A stretch of DNA of 64,000 nucleotides from Candidatus Pacearchaeota archaeon UBA92 (GCA_002497285.1 DANJ01000014.1:34089-98088), one strand, 5' to 3'; positions 37,114 to 47,305 are shown, counted from the stretch's first letter. A program made the numbers and translations. Notes: a model not told the origin generated them from the letters alone.

Positions 37114-39003
37114 TTAAATGTCAACCTCCGCTTCATGTGCCTTAGCAAGTATAAACTCTCTTCTAGGTCCAACATCATCTCCCATAAGCCTAGAAAACAC
37201 TTCATTCGCCTTAACTGCATCTTCTATAGTGATTCTATTAAGTAATCTGGTTTTAGGGTTCATTGTTGTATCCCATAGCTGCTCAGAATTCATTTCACCT
37301 AATCCCTTAAATCTCTGCACATTTGAGCCAGAACCAAGACTTCCTATAACTGTTTTAAGCTCTTCATCAGTATAAACATAATGATCTTTCTTCTTTCTTA
37401 TTTTATACAAAGGAGAAACAGCAACATATATATTTCCATTATCAATCAAATCTTTCATAAATCTAAAGAAAAAAGTCAGTAATAAAGTTCTTATGTGAGC
37501 CCCATCAACGTCCGCATCTGTCATTATAATGACTTTTGAATATCTCAACTTATTAACATCGAAAGATTCTCCAACTCCAGTCCCTATAGCAGTAATAAGA
37601 TTTGCAATCTCTTCATTGGCAAAAACTTTAACCAGATTAGATTTTTCAACATTCAGTATCTTTCCCTTTAATGGTAATATCGCCTGATATTCCTTATTTC
37701 TTGCCTGCTTAGCCGTACCACCTGCAGAATCTCCCTCAACAAGGTATAATTCCGTCTCCTCTGCTTTCTTATTCGAACAATCGGAAAGCTTTCCTGGAAG
37801 ACCTCCAAGACTAAATGCATTTTTTCTCCTTACAAGATCCTTTGCTTTTTTCGCAGCATCTCTTGCCCTCTTAGAATCTATTACCTTGCTAACTATCCTT
37901 TTTGCTATAGCTGGATTTTCCTCAAAAAACTGCGAAAGTCCAATCATAGAAATACTATCAACAATTCCTTTTATTTCGCTATTCCCAAGTTTGGTTTTAG
38001 TCTGTCCTTCGAACTGCGGTTCAGGTACTTTCACAGATATTATCGCAGTTAACCCTTCTCTAACATCGTCTCCGGTAAAACTTTCAGATTTCAAAAGATT
38101 ATTTTTTTTGGCATACTCATTTATTGCTCTTGTTAGTGCCGTTCTAAAACCTACAACATGGGTTCCGCCTTCAACAGTATTAATTGTATTTACAAAACTC
38201 AAAACGTTCTCCTGATATCCAGAATTATATTGTATTGCTCCTTCAACAACTACACCGTTATCCTGTTTCATAAAGTAAATGGGTTTTGCATATAACACTT
38301 CCTTACCCTCATTAACCCATTTAGCAAATTCAATTAAACCACCTTCAAAGTAAAAGGTCTCTTTCTTTCCAGATTCATAATCGGATAGTTTAATTTTCAA
38401 ACCTTTATTAAGAAAAGCAATTTCTCTAAGTCTTGTTTCCAAAATAGAAAAATCAAACTTGAGTGTAGAAAAGATATCTTTGTCCGGGGAAAAAGTAACT
38501 TCCGTTCCAGTTTCGTCACTATCTGTCTCACCCACAACTTTCAACTTGTACAATGATTTTCCGATTCCATATTCTTGCTGGTAAATTTTTTTGTCTCTCT
38601 TAATCCTTACCTTCATATTACTACTTAATGCAGCCACAACACTAATTCCAACTCCGTGCAAACCTCCAGAAACAGCATAGCTTCCCTTATCGAATTTACC
38701 TCCAGCATGCAACTTAGTCACAACAACTTCAACTGCAGGAAGATTATAAACGGGATGCATATCAACAGGAATTCCTCTTCCATTGTCAATTACTGTAACA
38801 CTTCCATCTTTATTTATTGAAACATCAATAAGATTACAGAAACCAGCCATTGCCTCATCAACTGAATTATCAACTACCTCATAAACTAAATGATGCAAAC
38901 CCTGCTTACCTGTATTTCCAATATACATGGCAGGCCTTCTTCTGACTCCTTCTAAGCCCTCTAAAACTTTTATTTTTTCTGCTGAATATTCTTTTTTCTC
39001 CAT
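37114..39003 (-). CDS. gyrB: DNA gyrase subunit B
   Basis: EVVDNSVDE, DNGRGIP, SGGLHGVG, VEGDSAGG, PLKGK, DADVDG and RFKGLGEM motifs. Confidence 0.97.
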   Translation of the reverse strand: MEKKEYSAEKIKVLEGLEGVRRRPAMYIGNTGKQGLHHLVYEVVDNSVDEAMAGFCNLIDVSINKDGSVTVIDNGRGIPVDMHPVYNLPAVEVVVTKLHAGGKFDKGSYAVSGGLHGVGISVVAALSSNMKVRIKRDKKIYQQEYGIGKSLYKLKVVGETDSDETGTEVTFSPDKDIFSTLKFDFSILETRLREIAFLNKGLKIKLSDYESGKKETFYFEGGLIEFAKWVNEGKEVLYAKPIYFMKQDNGVVVEGAIQYNSGYQENVLSFVNTINTVEGGTHVVGFRTALTRAINEYAKKNNLLKSESFTGDDVREGLTAIISVKVPEPQFEGQTKTKLGNSEIKGIVDSISMIGLSQFFEENPAIAKRIVSKVIDSKRARDAAKKAKDLVRRKNAFSLGGLPGKLSDCSNKKAEETELYLVEGDSAGGTAKQARNKEYQAILPLKGKILNVEKSNLVKVFANEEIANLITAIGTGVGESFDVNKLRYSKVIIMTDADVDGAHIRTLLLTFFFRFMKDLIDNGNIYVAVSPLYKIRKKKDHYVYTDEELKTVIGSLGSGSNVQRFKGLGEMNSEQLWDTTMNPKTRLLNRITIEDAVKANEVFSRLMGDDVGPRREFILAKAHEAEVDI

Positions 39004-39118
39004 TATTATCCTAGGATTTTATATCAAATCTAACCAAAAAAGTCAAACTGCCTTTATAAACCTTTATATACCAAAATTACATTTTATCGACGATAAACTA
39101 GAAATCAATCTAAGGTTG

Positions 39119-39346
39119 TTAGAAGCAGTACAATCTATTAAATCCTAAACCACAAACAGTACTGCCTGCACTAGTCAATCTAACATCTACTTGACCAATT
39201 ACTCCACAAGTTCCAGTTGAGCCACTTCTATCAAACCAATTACAACAAATCCGGTTATACTTACAAAGGGATTCAAAATATAAACAATGCCCAAAAAATC
39301 CTATTACTGAATAAATTATTCTACTAATCTGTGACCTCTCTTTTAT
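39119..39346 (-). pseudogene. Probable decayed secreted or surface protein gene
   Basis: Open frame with no start codon. One frameshift in a T-run gives IIYSVIGFLGIVYILNPFVSITGFVV (TM plus ITG motif), and a Cys/Gly-rich segment follows. Confidence 0.35.
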
Positions 39347-39412
39347 AACCCTAAATCAAAGAATGAAATATGCAAAAATCTGTTGTTATTCAAAAAAATT
39401 TATCTTGGATAA

Positions 39413-39673
39413 CTACTTATTTCCAGCACTCTTCTTTTTTTCAGCCTTTTCAGCCCTAGAACTATCCGCTTTTTCCTTTTCTTTAATCACTCTTTTTCCT
39501 CTAGCAAGATGAAATGCCTCAGTCCATTTCATTTTTCGCTTATCTCTCTTTAGCTTTAGACTATTCTTTCTACATTTACTAGTACAAAAATAAATACTTG
39601 TTCCATCATTCTTCAAAAGATAAATACCTTTGTAATCATCCTGTTCTTTTCCACAAAAAACACATTTAGCCAT
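39413..39673 (-). CDS. rpl24e: 50S ribosomal protein L24e
   Basis: CVFCG...G...FCTSKC...KWT motifs. Confidence 0.95.
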   Translation of the reverse strand: MAKCVFCGKEQDDYKGIYLLKNDGTSIYFCTSKCRKNSLKLKRDKRKMKWTEAFHLARGKRVIKEKEKADSSRAEKAEKKKSAGNK

Positions 39674-39960
39674 TAACTATGCGCTCCCTTTGTAATCTTT
39701 CCCTTGACTCTTCTAGCTTCAATTTCACTTTCCCTTAGAATAAGCAAATCTCCAATTCTCACAGAACCCCTAACATTTCTTCTCATACTTTTTCCCTCAT
39801 TTCTTCCACTTAACACTTTAACTTTAACCTGAGTAATTTCTCCTCTGGTTCCAGTTCTAGCACTTATCTCTTCAACTACTGCATTAACTGGCTCACTCGT
39901 TAAACTTGCTTTTGTATTTTCTACAGATTTTCCTTCCTTAGTTTTCTGAGTCTTTGCCAT
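39673..39960 (-). CDS. rps28e: 30S ribosomal protein S28e
   Basis: RTGTRGEITQVKV...RNVRG.VRIGD.LILRESEIEARR motif. Confidence 0.95.
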   Translation of the reverse strand: MAKTQKTKEGKSVENTKASLTSEPVNAVVEEISARTGTRGEITQVKVKVLSGRNEGKSMRRNVRGSVRIGDLLILRESEIEARRVKGKITKGAHS

Positions 39961-39961
39961 C

Positions 39962-40267
39962 CTACTTCTCCTTCAAATTAGAAATATCTTTTTCGGCATC
40001 ACCTGCATCAATCACAGCAACAGTGCTTGTATTAACAGAAATGCCGACTGCAAGTCCTAACTTCTGTTTAGAATCAACTTCAATACACAAAATATTTTTT
40101 TCCTTACAAATTGCAGATAAATGCTGAACTATTTCTTTTGGTTCAACATCTGTAGCATAAACAACAAGCTTTGCCACACTTCTCTCTATGGCTTTTGTAA
40201 CTTCATTTACACCTTTATCAACTTTTCCAGTTTTTCTTGCCTTCTCAATGATATTGTAAACATCCAT
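39962..40267 (-). CDS. rpl7ae: 50S ribosomal protein L7Ae
   Basis: KGVNEVTKAIER..AKLVVYA.DVEP.EIV.HL motif; GGAGGT SD; conserved L7Ae-S28e-L24e order. Confidence 0.95.
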   Translation of the reverse strand: MDVYNIIEKARKTGKVDKGVNEVTKAIERSVAKLVVYATDVEPKEIVQHLSAICKEKNILCIEVDSKQKLGLAVGISVNTSTVAVIDAGDAEKDISNLKEK

Positions 40268-40375
40268 TTTTAACCTCCGCTGACACTAAAGCGTCATTGG
40301 TTAAGATTTGATGATAAAAGTGGTTTATAAACTTTGCTGTAAGATTTTGCAAAGTTTATCTCAAGGATATAAATT

Positions 40376-41350
40376 CTATTTCCAGCTAACTTTGACATCG
40401 TCAGTCCTTTCCCTCGGAGAAATATCCAACTTATCAGGATGGATTAATAATTTTTTATCCCTCTTTGCCATTATCTCTCCTGTAAATGCAATCATTGCCC
40501 CATTATCTACCAATAGACTTCTATCCGGACAAAAATATTTTGCCCCTCTTTCTTTACACATTATATTTGCCATATCCTGTAATCTTGCATTACAAGCAAC
40601 TCCTCCACCGAGAACAAGCTCTTTCTTTCCTGTATGCGCTAATGCCCTTTCAGCAGCCTCAATAAGCATTGCAAAGGCAATCTCCTGCATTGAATAACTA
40701 ATATCTTTCAATTTCTCGCCTTTATCATATAATTGTTTCATCTTAGTCTGCATTCCAGAAAAAGAAACGTCCATTCCTTTAATTGAATAAGGCAACTCAA
40801 TATATTTTCCATTTAAAGCTAATTTTTCAATTTCAGGCCCTCCAGGAAAGGGGATTCCACAATACCTTGCAAAAGTATCAATAAAATTTCCTATCCCTGA
40901 ATCTAGCGTTTCTCCAAATACCCTATACTTTCCAGATGAATAAGCAATTATCTGTGTATTCGCTCCTGACGCATATAATAACACCGGATTTTCAGCTCCA
41001 AGAGACTGCCCGATTTCCAGATGAGCAATACAATGATTCACAGGAATAATTCTTATCTTTAATTTTCTTGCTTTCTCCTTAGCAAAATGCATTCCAGAAA
41101 GCAAACACGGGGCTAATCCAGGAGCGTTAGAAATCGCAATTACATCGATATCTTTCTCGCTTATCTCTGCCTCCTCCAAAGCCTCCTGATAAACAGTCTC
41201 TGCAACTTCTTTATGATGATTAGCAGAATCCATTGGGATTATCCCTCCTTTCTCTGGCTTATACATATCTTTAACATTAGCGAGAATTTTTCCATTATTA
41301 ACAATACCAATTCCAAAAGTATGGGCAGTACATTCAATACCAAGTATCAT
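40376..41350 (-). CDS. kae1: KEOPS t6A synthase Kae1 (TsaD family)
   Basis: MILGIECTAHT, VNHCIAHLE, SGANTQ, GGGVACN and DNGAMIA motifs. Start is ATG 41350. Confidence 0.96.
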   Translation of the reverse strand: MILGIECTAHTFGIGIVNNGKILANVKDMYKPEKGGIIPMDSANHHKEVAETVYQEALEEAEISEKDIDVIAISNAPGLAPCLLSGMHFAKEKARKLKIRIIPVNHCIAHLEIGQSLGAENPVLLYASGANTQIIAYSSGKYRVFGETLDSGIGNFIDTFARYCGIPFPGGPEIEKLALNGKYIELPYSIKGMDVSFSGMQTKMKQLYDKGEKLKDISYSMQEIAFAMLIEAAERALAHTGKKELVLGGGVACNARLQDMANIMCKERGAKYFCPDRSLLVDNGAMIAFTGEIMAKRDKKLLIHPDKLDISPRERTDDVKVSWK

Positions 41351-41400
41351 TGAAAGATGAAGACGATTATATTTATAAACTAAACCCATATTATTTTGTG

Positions 41401-41763
41401 ATGACTGAAAACATCTATCCTTTCTTCCAGGATTGCGGAGAAAGAGGGATTATCCCAAACATAACACTCCCAAGAGATTATGAAATCCTTGTCCCTCAAT
41501 TTTATGCAAGGGGTGGAAAAAAAGAAATAGATGATTTAGTAAGTAATCTAAATCGATTTAATTCACAGCGAATTCGTTCCTTGCCTGAAATTCGGCTTGG
41601 ATGGAATGAAAAGAAAGGTCTTGCGCACATTTCAATGTGCCATGGAGGCCTTGACATAAATCAACGAGATCAATTCCAAGAACATAATTTAGGTATAGAA
41701 AATGGATTATACGTCGGAGCAGTAGCTATTACATACATAAAAAAACTCATAAACATAAAATAA
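41401..41763 (+). CDS. Hypothetical protein
   Basis: ORF divergent from kae1. ATG 41401 follows a TTTATAAA box; no motif recognised. Confidence 0.55.
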   Translation: MTENIYPFFQDCGERGIIPNITLPRDYEILVPQFYARGGKKEIDDLVSNLNRFNSQRIRSLPEIRLGWNEKKGLAHISMCHGGLDINQRDQFQEHNLGIENGLYVGAVAITYIKKLINIK

Positions 41764-41802
41764 AAAACACCAATAAAAAATAAAAATAAAAAAACTCCGA
41801 GA

Positions 41803-41967
41803 TTATCTTCTCTTCTTTGCGACCTTTCTCTTAGTTGTCTTCTTTGTGGCTTTTTTTCTTCTTCCGCCTCGAGCCATCATAGCCTCACAAACATTACCAG
41901 CACCATCTACATAGTAAAGATAACCCTTTCTTCTGGTTACAACATTCTTAGCAATTATTTTTCCCAT
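41803..41967 (-). CDS. Small basic protein (54 aa), putative nucleic-acid-binding
   Basis: Not in the ORF track. MGKIIAKNVVTRRKGYLYYVDGAGNVCEAMMARGGRRKKATKKTTKRKVAKKRR, preceded by a strong AGGAGGTG SD. Confidence 0.8.
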   Translation of the reverse strand: MGKIIAKNVVTRRKGYLYYVDGAGNVCEAMMARGGRRKKATKKTTKRKVAKKRR

Positions 41968-42016
41968 TTAGCACCTCCTTTTTAATCATTACATCGATAC
42001 ATATCAAATATCATAT

Positions 42017-42361
42017 TTAAACTTTTCCTTTACCGACGAATAAACTTATAATTTTTCTATTTTCACCATTGATAGGAATTTCTACAAGTCGCCTAAATTT
42101 TATTTTTGGCTTAATTCTGAAAGTAAATGGTTTTACAACTTTCCATTCAATTATTTTATTTTTATCGTCGAGCCATATGGCCAGAAAAGGAAAAAAAACA
42201 AAATAAGAATGTATTGAAATTCCAGTATTCTTCTTAAATTCAAAAAGTAAATTTCCAGAATTTCTAGATTTAAACATAAGCCCTACCCCTTTAGAAAAAT
42301 ACCCTAATCTTTTAACGTCAACACTTAACTTCTTCCCCTTATAAGGAAAATAAATTATCAT
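42017..42361 (-). CDS. DUF192 family protein
   Basis: GLMF...LLFEF...IHSYFVFFP..AIWLD and LVEIP motifs. Confidence 0.8.
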   Translation of the reverse strand: MIIYFPYKGKKLSVDVKRLGYFSKGVGLMFKSRNSGNLLFEFKKNTGISIHSYFVFFPFLAIWLDDKNKIIEWKVVKPFTFRIKPKIKFRRLVEIPINGENRKIISLFVGKGKV

Positions 42362-42364
42362 CGA

Positions 42365-42688
42365 TTAAATATCGGACATTTCAGATCTTATCTTAGAAAT
42401 CTTATTTACCTTATCAGAAACCCTATCAACCTCTGCCTGCAAAGTTTTTTTCTTTTTGTTTAACGAAGCTTCCTTTTCAATGAGCCTTGCAATTTTCTTT
42501 TGTAACTCCCTTTCCTTGTCGTGATCACCATCCAAAGAAGAAGAGACACTCTTCAAATCAGCCCTAAGTTCTATTCTTTCCTTAGACAAACTCCTAATTT
42601 CACTACCCAAATCTCTAATGGCGCCAGATAAAGGAGACTTCTTAATTACAGAAATTTTCTTACTCCCAACCCTCTTTTTCATACCCAT
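42365..42688 (-). CDS. Coiled-coil hypothetical protein
   Basis: Heptad-like K/E/L pattern. Confidence 0.7.
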   Translation of the reverse strand: MGMKKRVGSKKISVIKKSPLSGAIRDLGSEIRSLSKERIELRADLKSVSSSLDGDHDKERELQKKIARLIEKEASLNKKKKTLQAEVDRVSDKVNKISKIRSEMSDI

Positions 42689-42704
42689 CTTAAAACAATA
42701 TTAT

Positions 42705-43718
42705 TTATAAACGTTTCTTTAGTTGATTTAAAAGCTCATTAATCTTCTTCCGGCTATTCTCATAAGAAATTTTCTTAATATACCCTTTACTATAAGCGCT
42801 ATCCAAAAGCTTTTTTTTATATTCCAAATCATGAATTTCTTTAGCAACATTTCCGAGTTTTATTTTCCTAATATCGACAACTTTCTTATTCCAATAAGAA
42901 GCATTATCCTTAATCTTCTTATTCCAAAAAAAATTAAAAACAAAAAAAACAACAATTAAAACACCTGCTAGAATCATAACTGCATATAAATATTGGTTAG
43001 ATTCGTTAAACTTTGGTCCTAAATTAACTTGTTCTCCAACACTAAAAATAGAGCTACTTGTAGCCACAAATCCTTCGCTCTCAGTAAGGACATAAAAAAT
43101 ATAATCTCCATATTCTAAATTTTCAGGCAAATAAAAACTTTTGCCAAGTTGTACTTGATTTCCTACTTCCACATACTGACTTTCAGAAAAAATTGTATTA
43201 CCCAAAAAATCTTTTATAATAAAATTAACATGGGCTCTACCTGTTTTTGATTTTAAATTAAAAATTTTAACATCGACATTCAAATCATTTCCTGGAATAA
43301 TATTAAACTGGGCAGAAGGAATCTCAAAAAAAGAATCAAACAATACTTCTGTGCTTTCAATTTCAAAAACTACCGGAATAGTTAATATTTCATTCTTATC
43401 ATCTATAAAAATTCTTCCTACATAAACTCCCGGAGCCAAATTTAATGAATCCAATTCAATTAAAAAACTTAAATCTCTTTCAGATTCAAAAGAAAGAATT
43501 TTCTTATCAATATTAATAAAACTACCAGATGATTCTGATGAAATGAACAATTCTCCCTTGCCATCAAGATTGATAATATTAATCTGAACATTAACTTTTT
43601 CGCCTGCCTTAACCACAACTTTCACAGATAATGGGTTTACATTGAAATTATCTAAAGCCGTAACAAAAAAAATAGATATGAAAAGAGCAAAAAGAGCAAA
43701 AACAATCAATTTATTCAT
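42705..43718 (-). CDS. Membrane-anchored Ig-fold surface protein
   Basis: Signal peptide, FNVNP...PGVYVG and YGDYIF beta-sandwich patterns, C-terminal TM and cytoplasmic tail. Confidence 0.7.
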   Translation of the reverse strand: MNKLIVFALFALFISIFFVTALDNFNVNPLSVKVVVKAGEKVNVQINIINLDGKGELFISSESSGSFINIDKKILSFESERDLSFLIELDSLNLAPGVYVGRIFIDDKNEILTIPVVFEIESTEVLFDSFFEIPSAQFNIIPGNDLNVDVKIFNLKSKTGRAHVNFIIKDFLGNTIFSESQYVEVGNQVQLGKSFYLPENLEYGDYIFYVLTESEGFVATSSSIFSVGEQVNLGPKFNESNQYLYAVMILAGVLIVVFFVFNFFWNKKIKDNASYWNKKVVDIRKIKLGNVAKEIHDLEYKKKLLDSAYSKGYIKKISYENSRKKINELLNQLKKRL

Positions 43719-44752
43719 CTTTTCTTCAACCTCTTATTTAACTGCCTTGTAGCTTTTTTATATTTATATATCGAAAAGATAACTACTAAAATAGTCAATA
43801 AAACAAGAACTATCATATAAATAATCCCTTTGTTTATAATTTTCTCAGCCACTGTGAAATGTGCGCTCGAAGTAGCAAATCCTTCAGGATATATAACCTC
43901 GATACCAACTATATAATCTCCAGAAGACAATTTTTCAGTAGAAAATTCCCTAACATAACTTTTTTCCTTGAAAACTCTAAACGTCTCAGTTTCTGATGAA
44001 AGGGTATTTCCATCAAAGTCCTTAATCACATAGTTAATAACTGTATCAACTTCTCCTAATTCACCAAGCTGAATTAAAGAAATAAAGGCTTTGACTTTTT
44101 TACCTATAGATATAAGCCTAGAAGAATCTGGAATAAATAAAGAAACATCAAACAAAGCCTTTCCTGCACTTCTAACATTCATCAAAACAAAGGCTTTCCG
44201 TTCTATATTTCCAGTAGTAAACTTAATACTTCCAGCATATATTCCTTGTCCAGGAGCACGAACACTTAAAAGCACCGTTTTTTCTTCACCTTTCTTTAAA
44301 GACAATTGATTACTATCCAAACCAACATAATTACCAATTCCAGTAACGCTTATACTTATAACTATATCGCTATTAAAAGAATTTTTAACAGTAATTAACT
44401 GCTCCTGCTGTTCGCCTTCCTGTAAAAACAAATTAAGTTCTTCAGGGGTAATTGAAAAATCAACTAATTTCTCTGATGAAGAAGCTCCGCCTCCGCCTCC
44501 CCCACTTCCACCTCCTCCTGTGCTTCCTCCTCCAGAAGGTGGAGATGGTGCTGGAGTAGGAGCAGCTTCTATAGTAATAGAGGCAGTAGCAGTTTCGCTT
44601 GTAGTCTTCGCATTTATGAACCCCTTAGAAAAATTAGAACTATTTTTATACAAAATAAAATTGCCAAAAATAACAAAAATAGAAGCTATTATAATCAGAA
44701 TAATTATAACTCTATAAATTAAAATTTCCTTCTTAGAATTTGTTTTGCCCAT
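43715..44752 (-). CDS. Surface protein: TM, Pro/Gly linker, two Ig-like domains, TM
   Basis: PTPAPSPPSGGG linker; FSITP...GIYAG and SGDYIV patterns; terminal TM plus basic tail. Similar to 42705..43718. Confidence 0.7.
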   Translation of the reverse strand: MGKTNSKKEILIYRVIIILIIIASIFVIFGNFILYKNSSNFSKGFINAKTTSETATASITIEAAPTPAPSPPSGGGSTGGGGSGGGGGGASSSEKLVDFSITPEELNLFLQEGEQQEQLITVKNSFNSDIVISISVTGIGNYVGLDSNQLSLKKGEEKTVLLSVRAPGQGIYAGSIKFTTGNIERKAFVLMNVRSAGKALFDVSLFIPDSSRLISIGKKVKAFISLIQLGELGEVDTVINYVIKDFDGNTLSSETETFRVFKEKSYVREFSTEKLSSGDYIVGIEVIYPEGFATSSAHFTVAEKIINKGIIYMIVLVLLTILVVIFSIYKYKKATRQLNKRLKKR

Positions 44753-44753
44753 A

Positions 44754-45188
44754 TCAGCCTTTATCCTCAGACTTATAAATTTTAAACACTAAACTCCCCG
44801 AATAATTTCTAAAATTAACATCTCCTGGAACTTCAAGCAAAACGCCTATTGGCATCTCCTGTCCTTCTTCAATATAAATATCTCTATCTGTTTGAACATA
44901 ATCAGCAATCTCTTTACTTGCAAAAATTTTTACAGTTATGGGGAAACCATAATCATTCTTTATAAAAACTTTTTTAGTTGCAGAATTCCCCGGAACAACC
45001 CTTCCAAAATTAAGATAATCTAATTTATCTACATTAAATCCAGTAGTCTCACCAGTAGAAAATACTACATTAACTTTCGTTACTTCAATAGGACTTGAAA
45101 GTAAAATTGAAAAGAATAAAAAAATAATTATAAGACTAACTGCTATAACTATTAAATAAAATAGTTTATTACTTTTAAGTTCTTTCAT
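44754..45188 (-). CDS. Small membrane-anchored beta-sandwich protein
   Basis: N-terminal TM; LNFGRVVPG...YSGSLVF pattern. Confidence 0.65.
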   Translation of the reverse strand: MKELKSNKLFYLIVIAVSLIIIFLFFSILLSSPIEVTKVNVVFSTGETTGFNVDKLDYLNFGRVVPGNSATKKVFIKNDYGFPITVKIFASKEIADYVQTDRDIYIEEGQEMPIGVLLEVPGDVNFRNYSGSLVFKIYKSEDKG

Positions 45189-46270
45189 CGTTTAATTTTC
45201 TTTAGCCTCATTATTAAAAAGACAATTACTATTATCAATAAGACAAATCCGACAATTATTCCATACAACAGATAATTAATTTCCTTTTCAAATCCAAAAT
45301 CAACTATCTGTTCTGTTGTTCTGCCTTTATAATGTAAAGTTATATTTCCCTTAATTGTGTCCTCCTCTATACCAGTAGTATCAAAATATCCTGTTAATTT
45401 GCCTTTCGTCCACGAATCTAAGATTATAGAAGGGGTCAAAAAATCAATATCTTTATTTATAATATCAACACTTGCATATAGCTCGCCAATTTCCGAATTC
45501 CAAAAACTTTCAACATCAATATAAAAAGGATTTATTCCATTCCTCTTGAGAATTTTCGAATAACCTATAATTTTTACATTTAATTCTCCAACTCTGACGA
45601 TTCTTTCTTCATTTAGTTCATCAGCACCATAATCAACAACCGCAATAGCTCGATAATCCCCAGGCTTATAATTAGAAGTATTCAATTCGCTATAAAATTC
45701 TTTAGCTTCTCCAGTTCCAAAAATCGCATTTCCAAGATTAACTGTCTCTAATTTTTGTTCCCCTTCATAAAAATCAACGCGAACATTTGCGCTAATATTT
45801 TCCTTTCCAAGACTATTTACCTTTACAGTAAGTCTTACAGGATCTCCAAGATTAACATTTCCCGTAAGAAACTCCATAGTTGCATATTTTCCAGGATATG
45901 GAACTTTAATTTTAATAACTCCTCTAACATCTGCTATGGCTCCAATTCCACTGCCGGTATCGATAGGAACAGCACCGATATATAGCCGATGTGTTCCAGG
46001 CAATTCAATATTTTCAGGGAGTTGCAAAAGAGCATTTACTGTCCCTTTTCCCTCAAGGGACTCGGCACTTAATTCGATGTATTCTGCTAAATCCCCCTCT
46101 GTATAAACCCTCAATTTTTCATAATCTCCAAAAAATTCAAAATGAAAAACCTGCTTCAGCCCGGGCTGAAAATCAATTTCATAATAAGCTGGACTGACTC
46201 CAAGTGCCGCATACGCTCCAGGAGCTAAAACTAAAAATAAAAAAATAAATAGTATTTCCCTCTTTACCAT
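45185..46270 (-). CDS. Secreted multi-Ig protein with a C-terminal TM (DUF916/WxL-interacting-like architecture)
   Basis: Signal peptide ending in A-LGVSP, PGTH and PGDYRA patterns, C-terminal TM. Paralog of 48393..49595. Confidence 0.6.
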   Translation of the reverse strand: MVKREILFIFLFLVLAPGAYAALGVSPAYYEIDFQPGLKQVFHFEFFGDYEKLRVYTEGDLAEYIELSAESLEGKGTVNALLQLPENIELPGTHRLYIGAVPIDTGSGIGAIADVRGVIKIKVPYPGKYATMEFLTGNVNLGDPVRLTVKVNSLGKENISANVRVDFYEGEQKLETVNLGNAIFGTGEAKEFYSELNTSNYKPGDYRAIAVVDYGADELNEERIVRVGELNVKIIGYSKILKRNGINPFYIDVESFWNSEIGELYASVDIINKDIDFLTPSIILDSWTKGKLTGYFDTTGIEEDTIKGNITLHYKGRTTEQIVDFGFEKEINYLLYGIIVGFVLLIIVIVFLIMRLKKIKR

Positions 46271-46313
46271 AACAAGAACAAAGTAAAATAGTTTTTATAG
46301 CTTTCTAAGAAAA

Positions 46314-46955
46314 TTAAGCCGCAGCAATTGTAGCAGTAACAACATCTCCCAAATCTCCAGTAGTTGCGTCTTCGGGAATAGTCATGTTAAAGTCTATCCT
46401 TAGAATATCTAAACCCGTATTAAAATTAAACGTTGCACAAAATCTCATTCCAGAAGTATTAACTGGATAAAAGTAGCCAAGCTCATGGCCTCCATTAAGA
46501 AGTGTTGTTGTATTTCCACACGTTCCGCCTACATCAGCAGCAGTACCGTTAGCAGTAACATTCCACTGGTACCCTGGATTAGTACCTCCAAATAAAGTCG
46601 TTGAATTCTTATTAGTTTTCAAATCCAAAGTAACATTAACATTTCCTATATTTTCAAGTATAAATCCTTCCTGTGCAGTCCAGTTTCCATTTGTAACACT
46701 TCCCTTGTGTGTTGTGAGCAATTGTGCCCTTGTCTGCCCTCCATTTATTCTTCCAGAACTCCAATTGATAATCGCATTAGAAAAATTAATAGAAACTGCA
46801 GATTCAATTGTAAGATTTGCCTGTCCTGAAGAAACAAATCCTGTAACCCACGTGTTTTTAAAATTGTTTATTGCTGAATATGTAAATCCTGCTCCAATCG
46901 CGGAAACAAGAACAGCGAAAACTGCAACGATAATCAAAACATTATCAAAGTTCAC
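46314..46955 (-). CDS. Secreted 213-aa beta-rich protein, putative fibre subunit
   Basis: Hydrophobic leader plus VTGFV; GFILENIGNVNVTL and IDFNMTIP.DA..G resemble the C-terminus of the giant adhesin. Confidence 0.6.
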   Translation of the reverse strand: MNFDNVLIIVAVFAVLVSAIGAGFTYSAINNFKNTWVTGFVSSGQANLTIESAVSINFSNAIINWSSGRINGGQTRAQLLTTHKGSVTNGNWTAQEGFILENIGNVNVTLDLKTNKNSTTLFGGTNPGYQWNVTANGTAADVGGTCGNTTTLLNGGHELGYFYPVNTSGMRFCATFNFNTGLDILRIDFNMTIPEDATTGDLGDVVTATIAAA

Positions 46956-47143
46956 TTTCCATCTCCTTCTATAATCAAAGCAACATTTCCGCCGGAACTA
47001 ACCGCGCCCCCATTATCTGCAGGAGCAGAATTTTGTCCGACTGGTTTTAAACTAATTAAAGAAAAATTAAGAGCTAAAGAAACGACTGAAAAAACAATCG
47101 CCACAATTAAAAGTGTTACAATAATTTTCTGTGTCTTATTCAT
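46952..47143 (-). CDS. Small membrane protein (63 aa)
   Basis: ATG at 47143; TM helix, flexible linker, terminal GGNVALIIE strand. Confidence 0.65.
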   Translation of the reverse strand: MNKTQKIIVTLLIVAIVFSVVSLALNFSLISLKPVGQNSAPADNGGAVSSGGNVALIIEGDGK

Positions 47144-47305
47144 CTCTTCTTCTCTCCACAAATAAATAAACAAGATATATAAATCTTTCTCCAATTCAGC
47201 ATATACCTAAACACTATTGTCAATGCAGAAACAAAAGTGATTTTCTATAATTGTTTATTACGCCCAAATAGCAAAATTTATATATCCCAAACACCTTATA
47301 AAAAC

